A stretch of DNA of 64,000 bases from Candidatus Binatia bacterium. GTDB lineage: Bacteria > Desulfobacterota > Binatia > Bin18. Numbering within the stretch: the stretch's first letter is position 1; each line of letters starts with the position of its first letter. Made by a program: the position numbers and the translations under genes. The notes under the pieces are model-generated. The model searched no databases. It worked only from the letters and a program-made list of their open reading frames with translations, and was not told where the DNA came from. Shown one piece after another: positions 54,326-63,548 of this stretch. The stretch lies in contig CAXXHG010000039.1 of assembly GCA_963666315.2 (NCBI GenBank), positions 96,001 through 160,000 on the forward strand, in the 5' to 3' direction.

Positions 54326-55546
54326 ATGTGTGGACTATCCGTTGCTTTTGCTTTGCTCCTTGGTTTGTTGCCGGTCTGTCTACAGGTCATTCTGATTGAT
54401 GTATCGTCGGCCTGGGGCCAATACGAGGTGGAAGAAGAGAGCCCGGTGTGGGTGCGCGGTCTGCTTGACGTCCGCATAGCGCGTAGCGGGCGCTCCTCAA
54501 GCTGGACGAGCCGAGGACCGGGCAAGACCCGCTATGGTGGCCGCGAGACCGCACGGGCGACCCGCCTCTCCGTCTCGCAGCTCGCGCTCGAACTGGGCGC
54601 TGCTCTGCCCTGGGACATGGTTGCCCGCGCTCAGCTCAATTGGGATCCTGACGGCTATACTAATGATCGTCCGCTGCTCATCGAAGCCTATCTCCGCAAA
54701 GAGTGGGGAGAATGGGCGCAGGGCTGGGGGCTCCAGACCGGAGTCATGAATATGCCCTTCTCGCTGGAGCACACCGGTCCGGCCTGGACGCCGCAGTACA
54801 CCCTGACGCCCTCAGCGCTCAATTCATGGCTGTGGGAAGAAGGCCATCTGGTCGGCATAGAAGGCGAATGGTGGCGTGTGATCCAGAGCCGGCTACGCCT
54901 GGGTCTGCTTTTGGGGAGTGGTTTTGGACAAGACCAGGCGGGCCATCTGTTAGCCGTGCGGGGCTGGGTACTGAGCGATGCGCTGCATGGCGTGAATAGC
55001 GATCTGCCTTTACCCGCACGGGGACAGCACGTGCCCGCTTTTGACGAACAGGATAACCGCCCCTCGATCTATGCCTGGTTGACCGTGCGTGATCTTCGGC
55101 GACAGGCAGAGCTGGGCATCGGATACTTCGACAATCTTGGTGATCAAGACGAGCGCGGGGTATGGGGAACGCGTTTTGGAACCCTGGGTGTTATTCTCCA
55201 TCCGCTGCCACAAGTGGATTTCGTGAGCCAGTATCTCGTCGGGGAGGCGCGTCACCGTCCGTGTCGGTGTGGTGTCAGCTTCCATGCGTTCTATGCTCTG
55301 CTGTCCTGGCACCACCGCAGCCATCGTATCAGTGCACGCTACGACGTATTCCGGACCCACAATCAGGATGGTCTGCCCAACTATCGGGATCGCGGTGACG
55401 CCGTGACCCTGGCCTATCTGTTTGAATTCGGCCTGCAGCACAGGGTAGGGTTTGAATATATATTTGTTCAGAGTCGGCATGCGCAGCCCTTTCGCTCGTC
55501 GCCTTCCGACGATGGGGGGCAACTCAGTTACCGGTTCCGGTATTAG
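54326..55546 (+). CDS. Putative outer-membrane beta-barrel protein
   Basis: N-terminal signal, alternating aromatic beta-strand pattern, EAYL, PFSLEH, TLTPSALNSWLWEE and a C-terminal beta-signal-like QLSYRFRY. Confidence 0.7.
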   Translation: MCGLSVAFALLLGLLPVCLQVILIDVSSAWGQYEVEEESPVWVRGLLDVRIARSGRSSSWTSRGPGKTRYGGRETARATRLSVSQLALELGAALPWDMVARAQLNWDPDGYTNDRPLLIEAYLRKEWGEWAQGWGLQTGVMNMPFSLEHTGPAWTPQYTLTPSALNSWLWEEGHLVGIEGEWWRVIQSRLRLGLLLGSGFGQDQAGHLLAVRGWVLSDALHGVNSDLPLPARGQHVPAFDEQDNRPSIYAWLTVRDLRRQAELGIGYFDNLGDQDERGVWGTRFGTLGVILHPLPQVDFVSQYLVGEARHRPCRCGVSFHAFYALLSWHHRSHRISARYDVFRTHNQDGLPNYRDRGDAVTLAYLFEFGLQHRVGFEYIFVQSRHAQPFRSSPSDDGGQLSYRFRY

Positions 55547-55555
55547 AAGAGGAAT

Positions 55556-56230
55556 ATGCGGTCGTTACTGAAAGCGAGCACGTTTAGAGTCGCTCTGAGC
55601 CTTGGAAGCTGGCTCGCGCTTACCGAGTGTTCTTTTGCGCTTGCTGGAGAGATCAACGGACGTGTGATCGGGCCGGATGGTGAGGGCATCGCCCAGGCTG
55701 TGGTGTTTGTCCAGACGCTGCCTGACGGGGTCTCCCCACTGGCTCCACCGGCCGCAGCTCATATGGATCAGGTGAACGAGCAATTCGCTCCGACTCTCTT
55801 ACCGATTCCTGTGGGGACAGCGGTCTCTTTCCCCAACCAGGATCAGATCCACCACCATGTGTATTCTTTTTCTCGGGCCAAGCGCTTTGAAATCCCTTTA
55901 TATAGAGGAGAAGAGGAAGCGCCCATCATTTTTGACAAGGAGGGTGTCGTGAAGCTCGGGTGTAATATCCACGACTGGATGGCGGGTATTATTCTCGTCG
56001 TACCCACACCTTTTTACGCTGTCACCGCAGGCGACGGCTCGTTTACCCTACGCGATCTTCCTGCGGCGACGTATCCGGTGGTGAGCTGGCACGCGCGCAG
56101 TCAGACCTCGCTTGAGGAGACGCTTCAACAGGTCTCAGTAGACGAGCAGGTGCCTAACGTCACATTCTCCTTGACTCTCAAGTCCGGCGGTTCTCGTCGT
56201 CCTATACGAGGCTCGCGAGGCTACCGATGA
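55556..56230 (+). CDS. Periplasmic cupredoxin-like / carboxypeptidase-regulatory-like protein (MauL-like)
   Basis: Signal peptide, MDQVNEQFAP, FPNQDQIHHHVYSFS and LGCNIHDWM (His...C-x2-H-x2-M). Confidence 0.82.
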   Translation: MRSLLKASTFRVALSLGSWLALTECSFALAGEINGRVIGPDGEGIAQAVVFVQTLPDGVSPLAPPAAAHMDQVNEQFAPTLLPIPVGTAVSFPNQDQIHHHVYSFSRAKRFEIPLYRGEEEAPIIFDKEGVVKLGCNIHDWMAGIILVVPTPFYAVTAGDGSFTLRDLPAATYPVVSWHARSQTSLEETLQQVSVDEQVPNVTFSLTLKSGGSRRPIRGSRGYR

Positions 56231-57933
56231 CATGGTGGGTGCGCAGTCGTCTGCGTACCAAAATTTTTCTGGCCTTTTCCGGCTTGATTCTGGCCGTTCT
56301 GCTCTCGACCTTGTGGTTCACGCAGCTTTTCGTAAGCCGTCAGGTCCAAGCGACGCTCAAGGAAGAACTCCTCACCACCGGGCAAGTCTTTCAAGGGCTC
56401 ATTGCGGAACGGGCGACACGACTCCTGACAAATACGACCCTGCTCGCTGCCGACTTTGCGCTCAAGCAGGTCCTGGTGACATATCACTCGCCCACGCTGT
56501 CTTCTGTTGCCCGGAACTATCAGCAGCGGATCGGTGTGGACTTGCTGTGGATTACGGATGAAGAGGGGAATCTGCTTGGAGATTCTCGCGGAATTCCGAG
56601 TGCAAGCGTCGAGCTGGCGACATTGTCTGCACTCTCACCAGTGCTCGCCACCGAGGAAGCGTTAGCCGTTATCAGTGTGGTAGATGGGACGCTTTTTCAG
56701 TTGGCGGCTGTTCCTATTCTCGGACCCGATGCCATCGGTTTTCTGGTGCTGGGCCAAGGGATTGATGACCGCACGGCTCGCCAATTGCGTGATGATACTG
56801 GCTCGCATGTGTCTTTTGTGACGCAGGAAAATTTTTTTGCTTCTTCCTGGCCTCGCGAGGTAGCCAGCGGAAATCTGCTGCGGCGCAGACTGCGTGATGA
56901 GTTGCCGCGTGACATGCAAGAACAAACGCGGTTAGTCACGGTGGCGGGAGAACGTTTCCTGTCTCTTGCCGTTGTCATCGAATCTCAGCTTCCTGTTCCG
57001 CTGTACGCCTTTATCCAGCGTTCCTATGACGAGGCGCTTGCGCCTCTGTCTGCTCTGCGCTGGCGGATTATCCTTATTGGTGGTGGAGCATTAGTCATTG
57101 CACTGTTTATTGGTGGAAGGCTTGCCGGTGGAATGACGGCGCCTATCCAGACTCTGGTGCATGGCATGCGAGAAGTGCTCAACGGCAATCTCGATTTACG
57201 ATTGCACGTCACGAGAGAAGACGAGCTTGGATTTCTGGCCCAATCGTTTGATGAGATGGTCGAAGGGCTCGCGGAGAAGGAACGGATTCGAGATACGTTT
57301 GGGCGCTTTGTGTCACGCTCGGTTGCGGAGGCAGTTCTTGAGGGCAAAGGGGCGCTGCGAGGAGAGAAACGCGAGGTCTGCATTCTTTTCCAAGATATCC
57401 GCGGTTTTACCGCTATCAGTGAGCGCACCGATCCTGCGGCACTGCTGAATATGCTGAACCAGTTTTTTACGGAGATCGTCGCGGCTGTTGAGGCTGAGGG
57501 TGGCATCGTCAAGCAATTCACCGGCGATGGGGTGATGGCCTTATTCGGTGCGCCGGTCAAGCATGACGACGACTCGGCACGGGCCGTACGCGCAGCGCTG
57601 GATATGGTTGAGCGTCTGGCTGATTTGAATATCCGTTTGGTTGCCCAGGATTTACCGGCCATTCGGATAGGCGTAGGCATTCATACTGGCGAGGTCGTGG
57701 CTGGGCAGATCGGCCCAGACGAACGCATTGAGTACGGCGTTGTGGGTGATCCGGTCAATTTGGCCAGCCGCATTGAAGGACTGACAAAGGACATGCAAAC
57801 AACCATCCTTGTGTCTGAATCGACAGCGACTCTGCTTGGACCGGGTTTTAGCTTGGGCCGTTCGGCCATGTTCCCGGTGAAAGGCAAAAAAGAGCCGGTG
57901 CGGGTGGTTGAGGTATTAGGATATGATGTCTAG
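56227..57933 (+). CDS. Membrane class III nucleotide cyclase (TM - Cache-like sensor - TM - HAMP - cyclase)
   Basis: Two TM segments, HAMP REDELGFLAQSFDEM, LFQDIRGFT, GDGVMALFGAP, GIHTGEV and GDPVNLASRIE. Confidence 0.92.
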   Translation: MTWWVRSRLRTKIFLAFSGLILAVLLSTLWFTQLFVSRQVQATLKEELLTTGQVFQGLIAERATRLLTNTTLLAADFALKQVLVTYHSPTLSSVARNYQQRIGVDLLWITDEEGNLLGDSRGIPSASVELATLSALSPVLATEEALAVISVVDGTLFQLAAVPILGPDAIGFLVLGQGIDDRTARQLRDDTGSHVSFVTQENFFASSWPREVASGNLLRRRLRDELPRDMQEQTRLVTVAGERFLSLAVVIESQLPVPLYAFIQRSYDEALAPLSALRWRIILIGGGALVIALFIGGRLAGGMTAPIQTLVHGMREVLNGNLDLRLHVTREDELGFLAQSFDEMVEGLAEKERIRDTFGRFVSRSVAEAVLEGKGALRGEKREVCILFQDIRGFTAISERTDPAALLNMLNQFFTEIVAAVEAEGGIVKQFTGDGVMALFGAPVKHDDDSARAVRAALDMVERLADLNIRLVAQDLPAIRIGVGIHTGEVVAGQIGPDERIEYGVVGDPVNLASRIEGLTKDMQTTILVSESTATLLGPGFSLGRSAMFPVKGKKEPVRVVEVLGYDV

Positions 57934-57937
57934 TTGC

Positions 57938-58612
57938 TCACCACTTCCCCCGTCGAGTGGGGAACTGCTGTGCCTCGGCCAGGCGCTGGAGAAAGTCCGC
58001 CCGAGGAATGAGATAGGCACCGAGCCGCTGCAGATGCGGATTGGTGATCTGACAATCGATCAGACTAAACTGCCACGCCAGTAGTTTTTGGGTCAGCGTA
58101 CAGAACACAACCTTAGAGGCATTTGAGACGCGTTTGAACATCGACTCGCCAAAAAACGCGCGCCCCAGACTGACCCCATAGATGCCCCCCGCCAGCTCGC
58201 CGTTTACCCACGCCTCGGCGGAATGGGCAAACCCGGCCTCGTACAATGCGCAATACGCTTCTACTATTTCAGGCGTAATCCAGGTTCCTTCACCGGCGCG
58301 CATACGTGTCTCTGCACACGCATAAATAACCTCTTCAAACGCCCGGTCAAAGGTGACCGTGAAGCGTTCTTGGCGCAGCAGGCGACGCAGGCTGCGCGAA
58401 ATGTGGAAGCCGTCCGGATCGATCACACAGCGTTGCGGCGGGCTCCACCACAATATAGGGGAATCATCTCCATACCAGGGAAAAATTCCTAATTCATACG
58501 CGTGCAGCAAGCGTTCGGGGTTCAGGTCGCCGCCGACAGCTAAGAGGCCGTCGAGATTTGCCCATTCCGGATTGGGAAAGCCGAGTTCGTCGGTGAGTTG
58601 ATAGATTGGCAT
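57938..58612 (-). CDS. aat: Leucyl/phenylalanyl-tRNA--protein transferase
   Basis: GLLAVGGDL, GIFPWY, WWSP, TWIT, GESMF, NASK and DCQ. Confidence 0.96.
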   Translation of the reverse strand: MPIYQLTDELGFPNPEWANLDGLLAVGGDLNPERLLHAYELGIFPWYGDDSPILWWSPPQRCVIDPDGFHISRSLRRLLRQERFTVTFDRAFEEVIYACAETRMRAGEGTWITPEIVEAYCALYEAGFAHSAEAWVNGELAGGIYGVSLGRAFFGESMFKRVSNASKVVFCTLTQKLLAWQFSLIDCQITNPHLQRLGAYLIPRADFLQRLAEAQQFPTRRGKW

Positions 58613-58823
58613 GGGGACACCGTGCGTCAGACTGGACCGCTGCTTTGATATTACCGCTCACGGAATGGGAATGCAGCACGGCTTCTCATCACGCATCGTT
58701 CAACGCATCGTTCCGAAAACCGTATGGCGTGTCAATTGGACCTGGCTGAACCTGCCTCTCAGGTTCTTGCTTTTTGGTCTCAAATGGAAGACAAGGACAA
58801 AATACACTCGAACAAGGAGGGCG

Positions 58824-59417
58824 ATGATGGACAGGGTCAGCAAGGTGCCATTTGATCAGGTTGATGCAGAACTCCAAGCCGTGATGCGCGAGTATGACCA
58901 AGAATTGGGCGGTTCGGAGTTCGTGCAGGTGTTTGCCCATGCGCCTGAGGTCTTTAAGTCCTTCATTAATTTCTATTTCCCTTTAGTCTCGAACGAACGG
59001 GGAAACGTTAATCTCAAGATCACCGAGCTGACACGACTCAAAGTCGCCGAACGCAATGACTGCAACCTTTGAATGCACGCCCGGTTTGCCTTGGCAAGGC
59101 AACAAGGAGTGACAGAAGAACTTATCGCAGAACTACCGCAGTATGAAGGCAGCGTGCTGCTCACCCCACGGGAAAAATCGGCCATCCGCTTTGCCGACAT
59201 CCTCGCCGGAGATCAGGGTCAGGCTTCCCGAGAGCTGTTTGACACATTGCGCCAACATTTTACTGAACCGGAAATCCTGGAATTAGGCTGGCGGATTGCG
59301 ACGTTTATTGGCTACGGCCGCTTGATCCATGTCCTCGGCTTAGAGATTGGACAGACCTGCTCGCTGCATACTGGGGAGTCCGAAGCAGAACAGGACGCGC
59401 CGGTAGCGGCCAAGTAA
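58824..59417 (+). CDS. AhpD/carboxymuconolactone-decarboxylase-family selenoprotein (CxxU; TGA at 59070-59072)
   Basis: AAGGAGG RBS. The frame reads ELTRLKVAERNDCNL-TGA-MHAR and continues as ORF 59073..59417. A hairpin follows the UGA. Confidence 0.85.
59086..59102 (+). promoter_or_regulatory. Candidate bacterial SECIS hairpin
   Basis: TTGCCTT-GGC-AAGGCAA, a perfect 7-bp stem with a G-containing loop, starting 13 nt after the UGA. Confidence 0.75.
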
Positions 59418-59480
59418 AGCCACTCATGGCAGGGTCATGAGATTGGAGGCCGGGTGAGCGTAGCGTCGCTCGGCCAGAGA

Positions 59481-59693
59481 CTATGCACGATCAAGTGAGG
59501 AGTTGAGCCTTTTGAGAAGCTCCTCTGCTGAGACGGGTGGTGCGGCCGGCGGCAGGGGAAGACGCTCGCTGACCTGCTGAGGCGTCGATCGAATTGGGAG
59601 AGTCGTGTAACGCGCCGGAGTGCAATGGCTCAGAACAAGACACAGCACGAGCGCGGAGGCGAACGGTGTGAGGAGTTTCGATACACTGCCCAT
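59481..59693 (-). CDS. Small putative lipoprotein
   Basis: Hydrophobic signal ending LSHC, with a Pro-rich tail. Confidence 0.4.
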   Translation of the reverse strand: MGSVSKLLTPFASALVLCLVLSHCTPARYTTLPIRSTPQQVSERLPLPPAAPPVSAEELLKRLNSSLDRA

Positions 59694-59701
59694 TTTCGAA
59701 A

Positions 59702-59959
59702 TTAGTCCAGCGTCTTCTCGTCTTTTGTTTTGAGTTGGGCGTCGTTCTCTTGCATGAATGTGCGGATGTCATCAGCAATAGCAAGCAGCTTCTCCCACTG
59801 TTCTTTGTATAAAGTGAAGGGAAAGCGGCCGAGGCCGTAGACTGAAACGCCACCCTTGGCGCTCACCTTCAGCGAGAGCCCTGTTGATGAACGAGTTTTG
59901 AGCGCGGTATTTTCCGCCCGCAGACGCTCAATCTCAGCCTGCGTATCTTCTTCTGCCAT
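59702..59959 (-). CDS. Small hypothetical protein
   Basis: RBS upstream, short coiled coil, then LKVSAKGGVSVYGLGRFPFTLYKEQW. Confidence 0.7.
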   Translation of the reverse strand: MAEEDTQAEIERLRAENTALKTRSSTGLSLKVSAKGGVSVYGLGRFPFTLYKEQWEKLLAIADDIRTFMQENDAQLKTKDEKTLD

Positions 59960-60018
59960 TGTCCTGCTTCCTCTCTTGCTGTGAACCACCGGGACTATCG
60001 TCGGATAGGCTCTTTGTA

Positions 60019-61098
60019 TCAAAGCTGGGAGGGATGGGCTACTGCATGCGCGGCTTCGGCCAGGAGAACGGCCCGGTGGTCAAAGTCGCTGAGGCGATCG
60101 TCTTGCAGCTGTCCGTTTTTGTACAAGACAAAGAGCTGGAGACAGACCACGGCGGTTTTCCAGCAAGCGAACGTTTCGTAAAAATCGATACTACCTACGT
60201 CGCGGCCGCTGCGCTGGGCATAGCGCTGGACGAGTTCGTCGCGAGAACAGAATCCGGGCAAGATGGGTATCTGGGCCAGTTCCTGTCTGTTTGGGGGATC
60301 GTCACACTGGACCCAATAGTTGCGCAGCAGTCCTAGATCGATTAAGGGATCACCGAGCGTACACTGATCCCAATCAAAAAGGGCGACAATCCGGGTAATG
60401 TCCGACGGATCCAACATCAGGTTGTCGAGCTTGTAGTCGTTGTGCAACAGGGTAGGGGCTGGCGAAGTGGGCAGATGCTCGGCCAGCCACTGCCCGAGTT
60501 CATCCATGAGGGGCAAATCTTCTGCCTTGGCCTGCTCCCAGCGCTTGCGCCAATTCCGTACCTGGCGCTCTACAAAGCCGTCAGGCTTACCCAGTGTTTC
60601 GAGCCCGACGGCTCGATAGTCTACGGCATGGAGGTCAACCAGTGTGTCCACAACCGCTTCGCTCAGACGTGTATACACGTCTGGCTGATTGAGATGCTCC
60701 GTCGGCATCTCTTTATGTATGACCAAGCCGCTTCTCCGTTCCATGACAAAAAACGGCGCACCCAGGACGCTGTCGTCATCACAAAAGAAATACGGACGCG
60801 AGGCCGGTGGGAAGACTTGCCACAAAGCGGACAGCGCCCGGAACTCTCGTGCCATGTCATAGGCCCCCACGGCAAGCGGGCCGCTGGGCGGACGACGCAG
60901 CACATATTCGTGAGACCCAAAGCGCAACAAATAAGTTAAGTTGGCATGACCGCCAGCAAATTGGACGACCTCAAGCGGGCCGTCAGGATTCGGCAACCGC
61001 TCACGCACGTACGAATCAACAACTGCAATATCAAGGGTCGCTTCGGGGCGAACCGAAACTGTTTCCGGTTCAGTCCAGCCTGGCGGGGTACGGTCCAT
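60019..61098 (-). CDS. APH-fold phosphotransferase family protein (ACAD10/11 N-terminal-like)
   Basis: GGHANLTY, VLRRPP, FFVME, LHNDYKLDN and DWDQCTLGDP. Confidence 0.9.
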   Translation of the reverse strand: MDRTPPGWTEPETVSVRPEATLDIAVVDSYVRERLPNPDGPLEVVQFAGGHANLTYLLRFGSHEYVLRRPPSGPLAVGAYDMAREFRALSALWQVFPPASRPYFFCDDDSVLGAPFFVMERRSGLVIHKEMPTEHLNQPDVYTRLSEAVVDTLVDLHAVDYRAVGLETLGKPDGFVERQVRNWRKRWEQAKAEDLPLMDELGQWLAEHLPTSPAPTLLHNDYKLDNLMLDPSDITRIVALFDWDQCTLGDPLIDLGLLRNYWVQCDDPPNRQELAQIPILPGFCSRDELVQRYAQRSGRDVGSIDFYETFACWKTAVVCLQLFVLYKNGQLQDDRLSDFDHRAVLLAEAAHAVAHPSQL

Positions 61099-61167
61099 CA
61101 GTACTCCTTCTTTATAATCTCCTGGGGCAGGTCTTTACCATGAATAATTGACAAAAGCCAAAGGTTG

Positions 61168-61539
61168 CTAAAACAATCTGCCCAGCAAGACGCCACAAAA
61201 AACGGCCAGCAAACCAACGGCAACGCTGCCCAAAACATTCAGTAGGCCGAAGAGGACGGTTCCTTGTTGAAATAATTGCATTGACTCATAGGTGAACGTG
61301 GAGAATGTCGTATAGGCGCCTAGGAAGCCGGCTACGAAAAAGTGCCGCTGCGGGGATTCGAGGAGCGCTCGATCATGCAGGATGGCGATAGCTATACCGA
61401 GGAGAAAGCTGCCGCTGATATTGGCGATAAATGTACCGTATGGAAAGTTGGCTCCGAGCAAGCGAGCGGCCCAACTTGAAACAAGGAAGCGCGCATTTGC
61501 ACCTAAAAACCCGCCAAGTCCAATTAAAAGATATTGCAT
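61168..61539 (-). CDS. crcB: Fluoride efflux channel Fluc/CrcB
   Basis: GGFLGANARF, FPYGTFIANISGSF and GFLGAYTTFSTF. Confidence 0.95.
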   Translation of the reverse strand: MQYLLIGLGGFLGANARFLVSSWAARLLGANFPYGTFIANISGSFLLGIAIAILHDRALLESPQRHFFVAGFLGAYTTFSTFTYESMQLFQQGTVLFGLLNVLGSVAVGLLAVFCGVLLGRLF

Positions 61540-61708
61540 GCTGGTACTCTCCCTGGGGCACGTTGCTTTACTTAACGAAGCATTTTACAAAGAGACAGTA
61601 AGTCGTCCTAGAATATGTGTATCTGTATGCCACGTTATTGACTGATGAGACCTGACAGTCTTTAGTAACGGCACGGAAGCAGAGGAAAAGACACGAGGAG
61701 GAAAGACG

Positions 61709-62329
61709 ATGGACGATATTTTACAAGCGTTATTCCGGTGGATTCATTTGTTGGCCGGTATTACCTGGATTGGCCTACTGTACTATTTCAATTTAATCAA
61801 CGCCCACTTCCAAGGCGCACTCGAAGCGGACGTGCGTAAGCAGGTGGTGCCCCAACTCATGCCGCGGACGCTGTGGTGGTTCCGCTGGGGAGCCATGTTT
61901 ACCTTTCTCTCTGGTCTGTTGATGATCTTGTGGAAGTATTTTCTCCTGGGCAGTGGCTTTACCGGCGATGCGGGCTTATTTGGTTCGAGCGCGGGACTGT
62001 GGCTTACCATGGGTGCGCTGTTCGGAACGATTATGTGGTTCAATGTCTGGTTCATCATTTGGCCGGCCCAGCAGCAGATTATTACTGCAGTCGTGAAGGG
62101 TGAGGCTCCAGACCCGGCATTGCCCAAGAAGGCCCTGCTGGCTTCTCGAGCGAATACGTTTCTGTCCGTGCCCATGCTCTTCGGCATGATAGCCGGCGCC
62201 GGGCATTACCCGTCTCTTACTTTTGGGCCGCTGTGGCTGATTATCGTACTGGGGCTCGGCTTTGGTCTGTCGTATCACATGATCTTTCAGATTGGTGGCA
62301 AGGTTGCCAAGGAATGGCCGGTGGATTAG
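61709..62329 (+). CDS. Urate_ox_N (PuuD N-terminal-like) membrane protein without cytochrome c domain
   Basis: RWIHLLAGITWIGLLYYFN, WFRWGA, GTIMWFNVWFIIWPAQ and ASRANTFLSVPML. Confidence 0.8.
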   Translation: MDDILQALFRWIHLLAGITWIGLLYYFNLINAHFQGALEADVRKQVVPQLMPRTLWWFRWGAMFTFLSGLLMILWKYFLLGSGFTGDAGLFGSSAGLWLTMGALFGTIMWFNVWFIIWPAQQQIITAVVKGEAPDPALPKKALLASRANTFLSVPMLFGMIAGAGHYPSLTFGPLWLIIVLGLGFGLSYHMIFQIGGKVAKEWPVD

Positions 62330-62358
62330 GACCGGACTCTTTATTTTTCGTCAAACAA

Positions 62359-62384
62359 GAGAGGGGCCGTAAACCGCCCCTCTC
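62359..62384. terminator. Hairpin between convergent genes
   Basis: GAGAGGGGC...GCCCCTCTC. Confidence 0.55.
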
Positions 62385-62390
62385 GTCACT

Positions 62391-63146
62391 CTACCTGGCC
62401 GTAAACGTCAGTCTGACGACCTCTTCCCCTTTGGCCGAAAGAGAAATCTTTTGTGACTGGACCCCAAAGCGTTCGTGCCAGGCTTCGAGAGTGTATTCAC
62501 CTGACGGCACGTTTTGCAGAGTGAAGGTCCCGTCCGATCCACTCAATGCAAAATAGGGGTGATCGAACACGCCGACATATCCACGCATCCAGCCGTGAAT
62601 GTCACATTTGACTTCAATGCCGGTCTCTTCCGCGCCGATGCTCATCGTGCGTGAGGCGCCCTTGAGGCCCAGACTGAAATTCCACTGCGAAGAATTGGCG
62701 GGCAGTCCGTGCACATTATGGGCCGTGTGGTCGCTGTTTAAATAGCGAATCCGCTGATCGACTTGGGCCGCCATCACGCGCGGAAGAAAGACACAGCCTT
62801 TTTGGTCATTCTGGACCGGCTGTTCAGGAACAGCAAAAACACGATCTCCAAGTCCGTGTTTGATATACACCAGCGTGTTTTGGAGTTTGCCGTTTGTCAC
62901 GAGTACGTCGCCGGCGTACACCGTGCCTTCATGTTGGGCTGCACATTCCGACCAGCCACCGAGTTGGAGTACGCTTTGCTCTGGCACTGGCCCTTCGAAA
63001 TGAATGCTGCCGGAGATGGTGCCCACACGAGACATATCAAGCGGGGTAGGTTGGCGGGGTGGTTTTGGTGGACCCGATTCGCCGCAGGCAGAGAGGAGGG
63101 TAGTAAGACTGAGGTATACGAGCGCAAAAGATAGGAAGTGGTTCAT
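62391..63146 (-). CDS. Lipoprotein with carboxypeptidase-regulatory-like and cupredoxin-like domain
   Basis: Lipobox LSACG, DQKGCVFLPRV, NSDHTAHNVH, KCDIHGWM and EAWHE. Confidence 0.82.
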   Translation of the reverse strand: MNHFLSFALVYLSLTTLLSACGESGPPKPPRQPTPLDMSRVGTISGSIHFEGPVPEQSVLQLGGWSECAAQHEGTVYAGDVLVTNGKLQNTLVYIKHGLGDRVFAVPEQPVQNDQKGCVFLPRVMAAQVDQRIRYLNSDHTAHNVHGLPANSSQWNFSLGLKGASRTMSIGAEETGIEVKCDIHGWMRGYVGVFDHPYFALSGSDGTFTLQNVPSGEYTLEAWHERFGVQSQKISLSAKGEEVVRLTFTAR

Positions 63147-63548
63147 AACTGCTTCCTCTTAAAACTATGTCGAGCGAGCGTAGCGCTGGCTCTCATCATC
63201 TCCACTTTTCTCTTCTTTTATTTTGCGACGGAGTAGGGCGCCTCTCAGAACGTGAGTCCGAGAGGCGTTTTTGTTAGTCCATCTTTTCAAGGACTTTCTG
63301 GAGGGCCTACGTGTGGGTGTTGAGTGTGTCGGCTATTACTTGGCGCTCGGTGTTGCCTCGGCCCATCACATGGATGCCGTAGTCCAGGACTGCCAAGCCG
63401 GCGATGCCGATCAGTGAGCTTATCAGCTCTGCTGGAGTAAGGGGCTAGCTGGCAACGATCTGACTGAGTTCCATTCTGACCTCCCGTTGAGTGATTCTCT
63501 TTCATTCCGTCCATGTTTCAACTAGAGCGAAAGAATGGGACGAGGACC

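Noticed and set aside
55556-56230. Methylamine utilisation (mau) pathway
   Set aside because: No mauA, mauB, mauD, mauE or mauG is in the window. The MauL-like label reflects family resemblance only.
61642-61700. Hammerhead ribozyme (CTGATGA followed by GAC/GTC stem)
   Set aside because: The required GAAA does not follow stem II (it reads TTTA), and stems I and III are not evident.
61540-61708. Fluoride riboswitch upstream of crcB
   Set aside because: I could not find the GGCGATGG...CGCC / GCTGATGAC-type core on the crcB strand.
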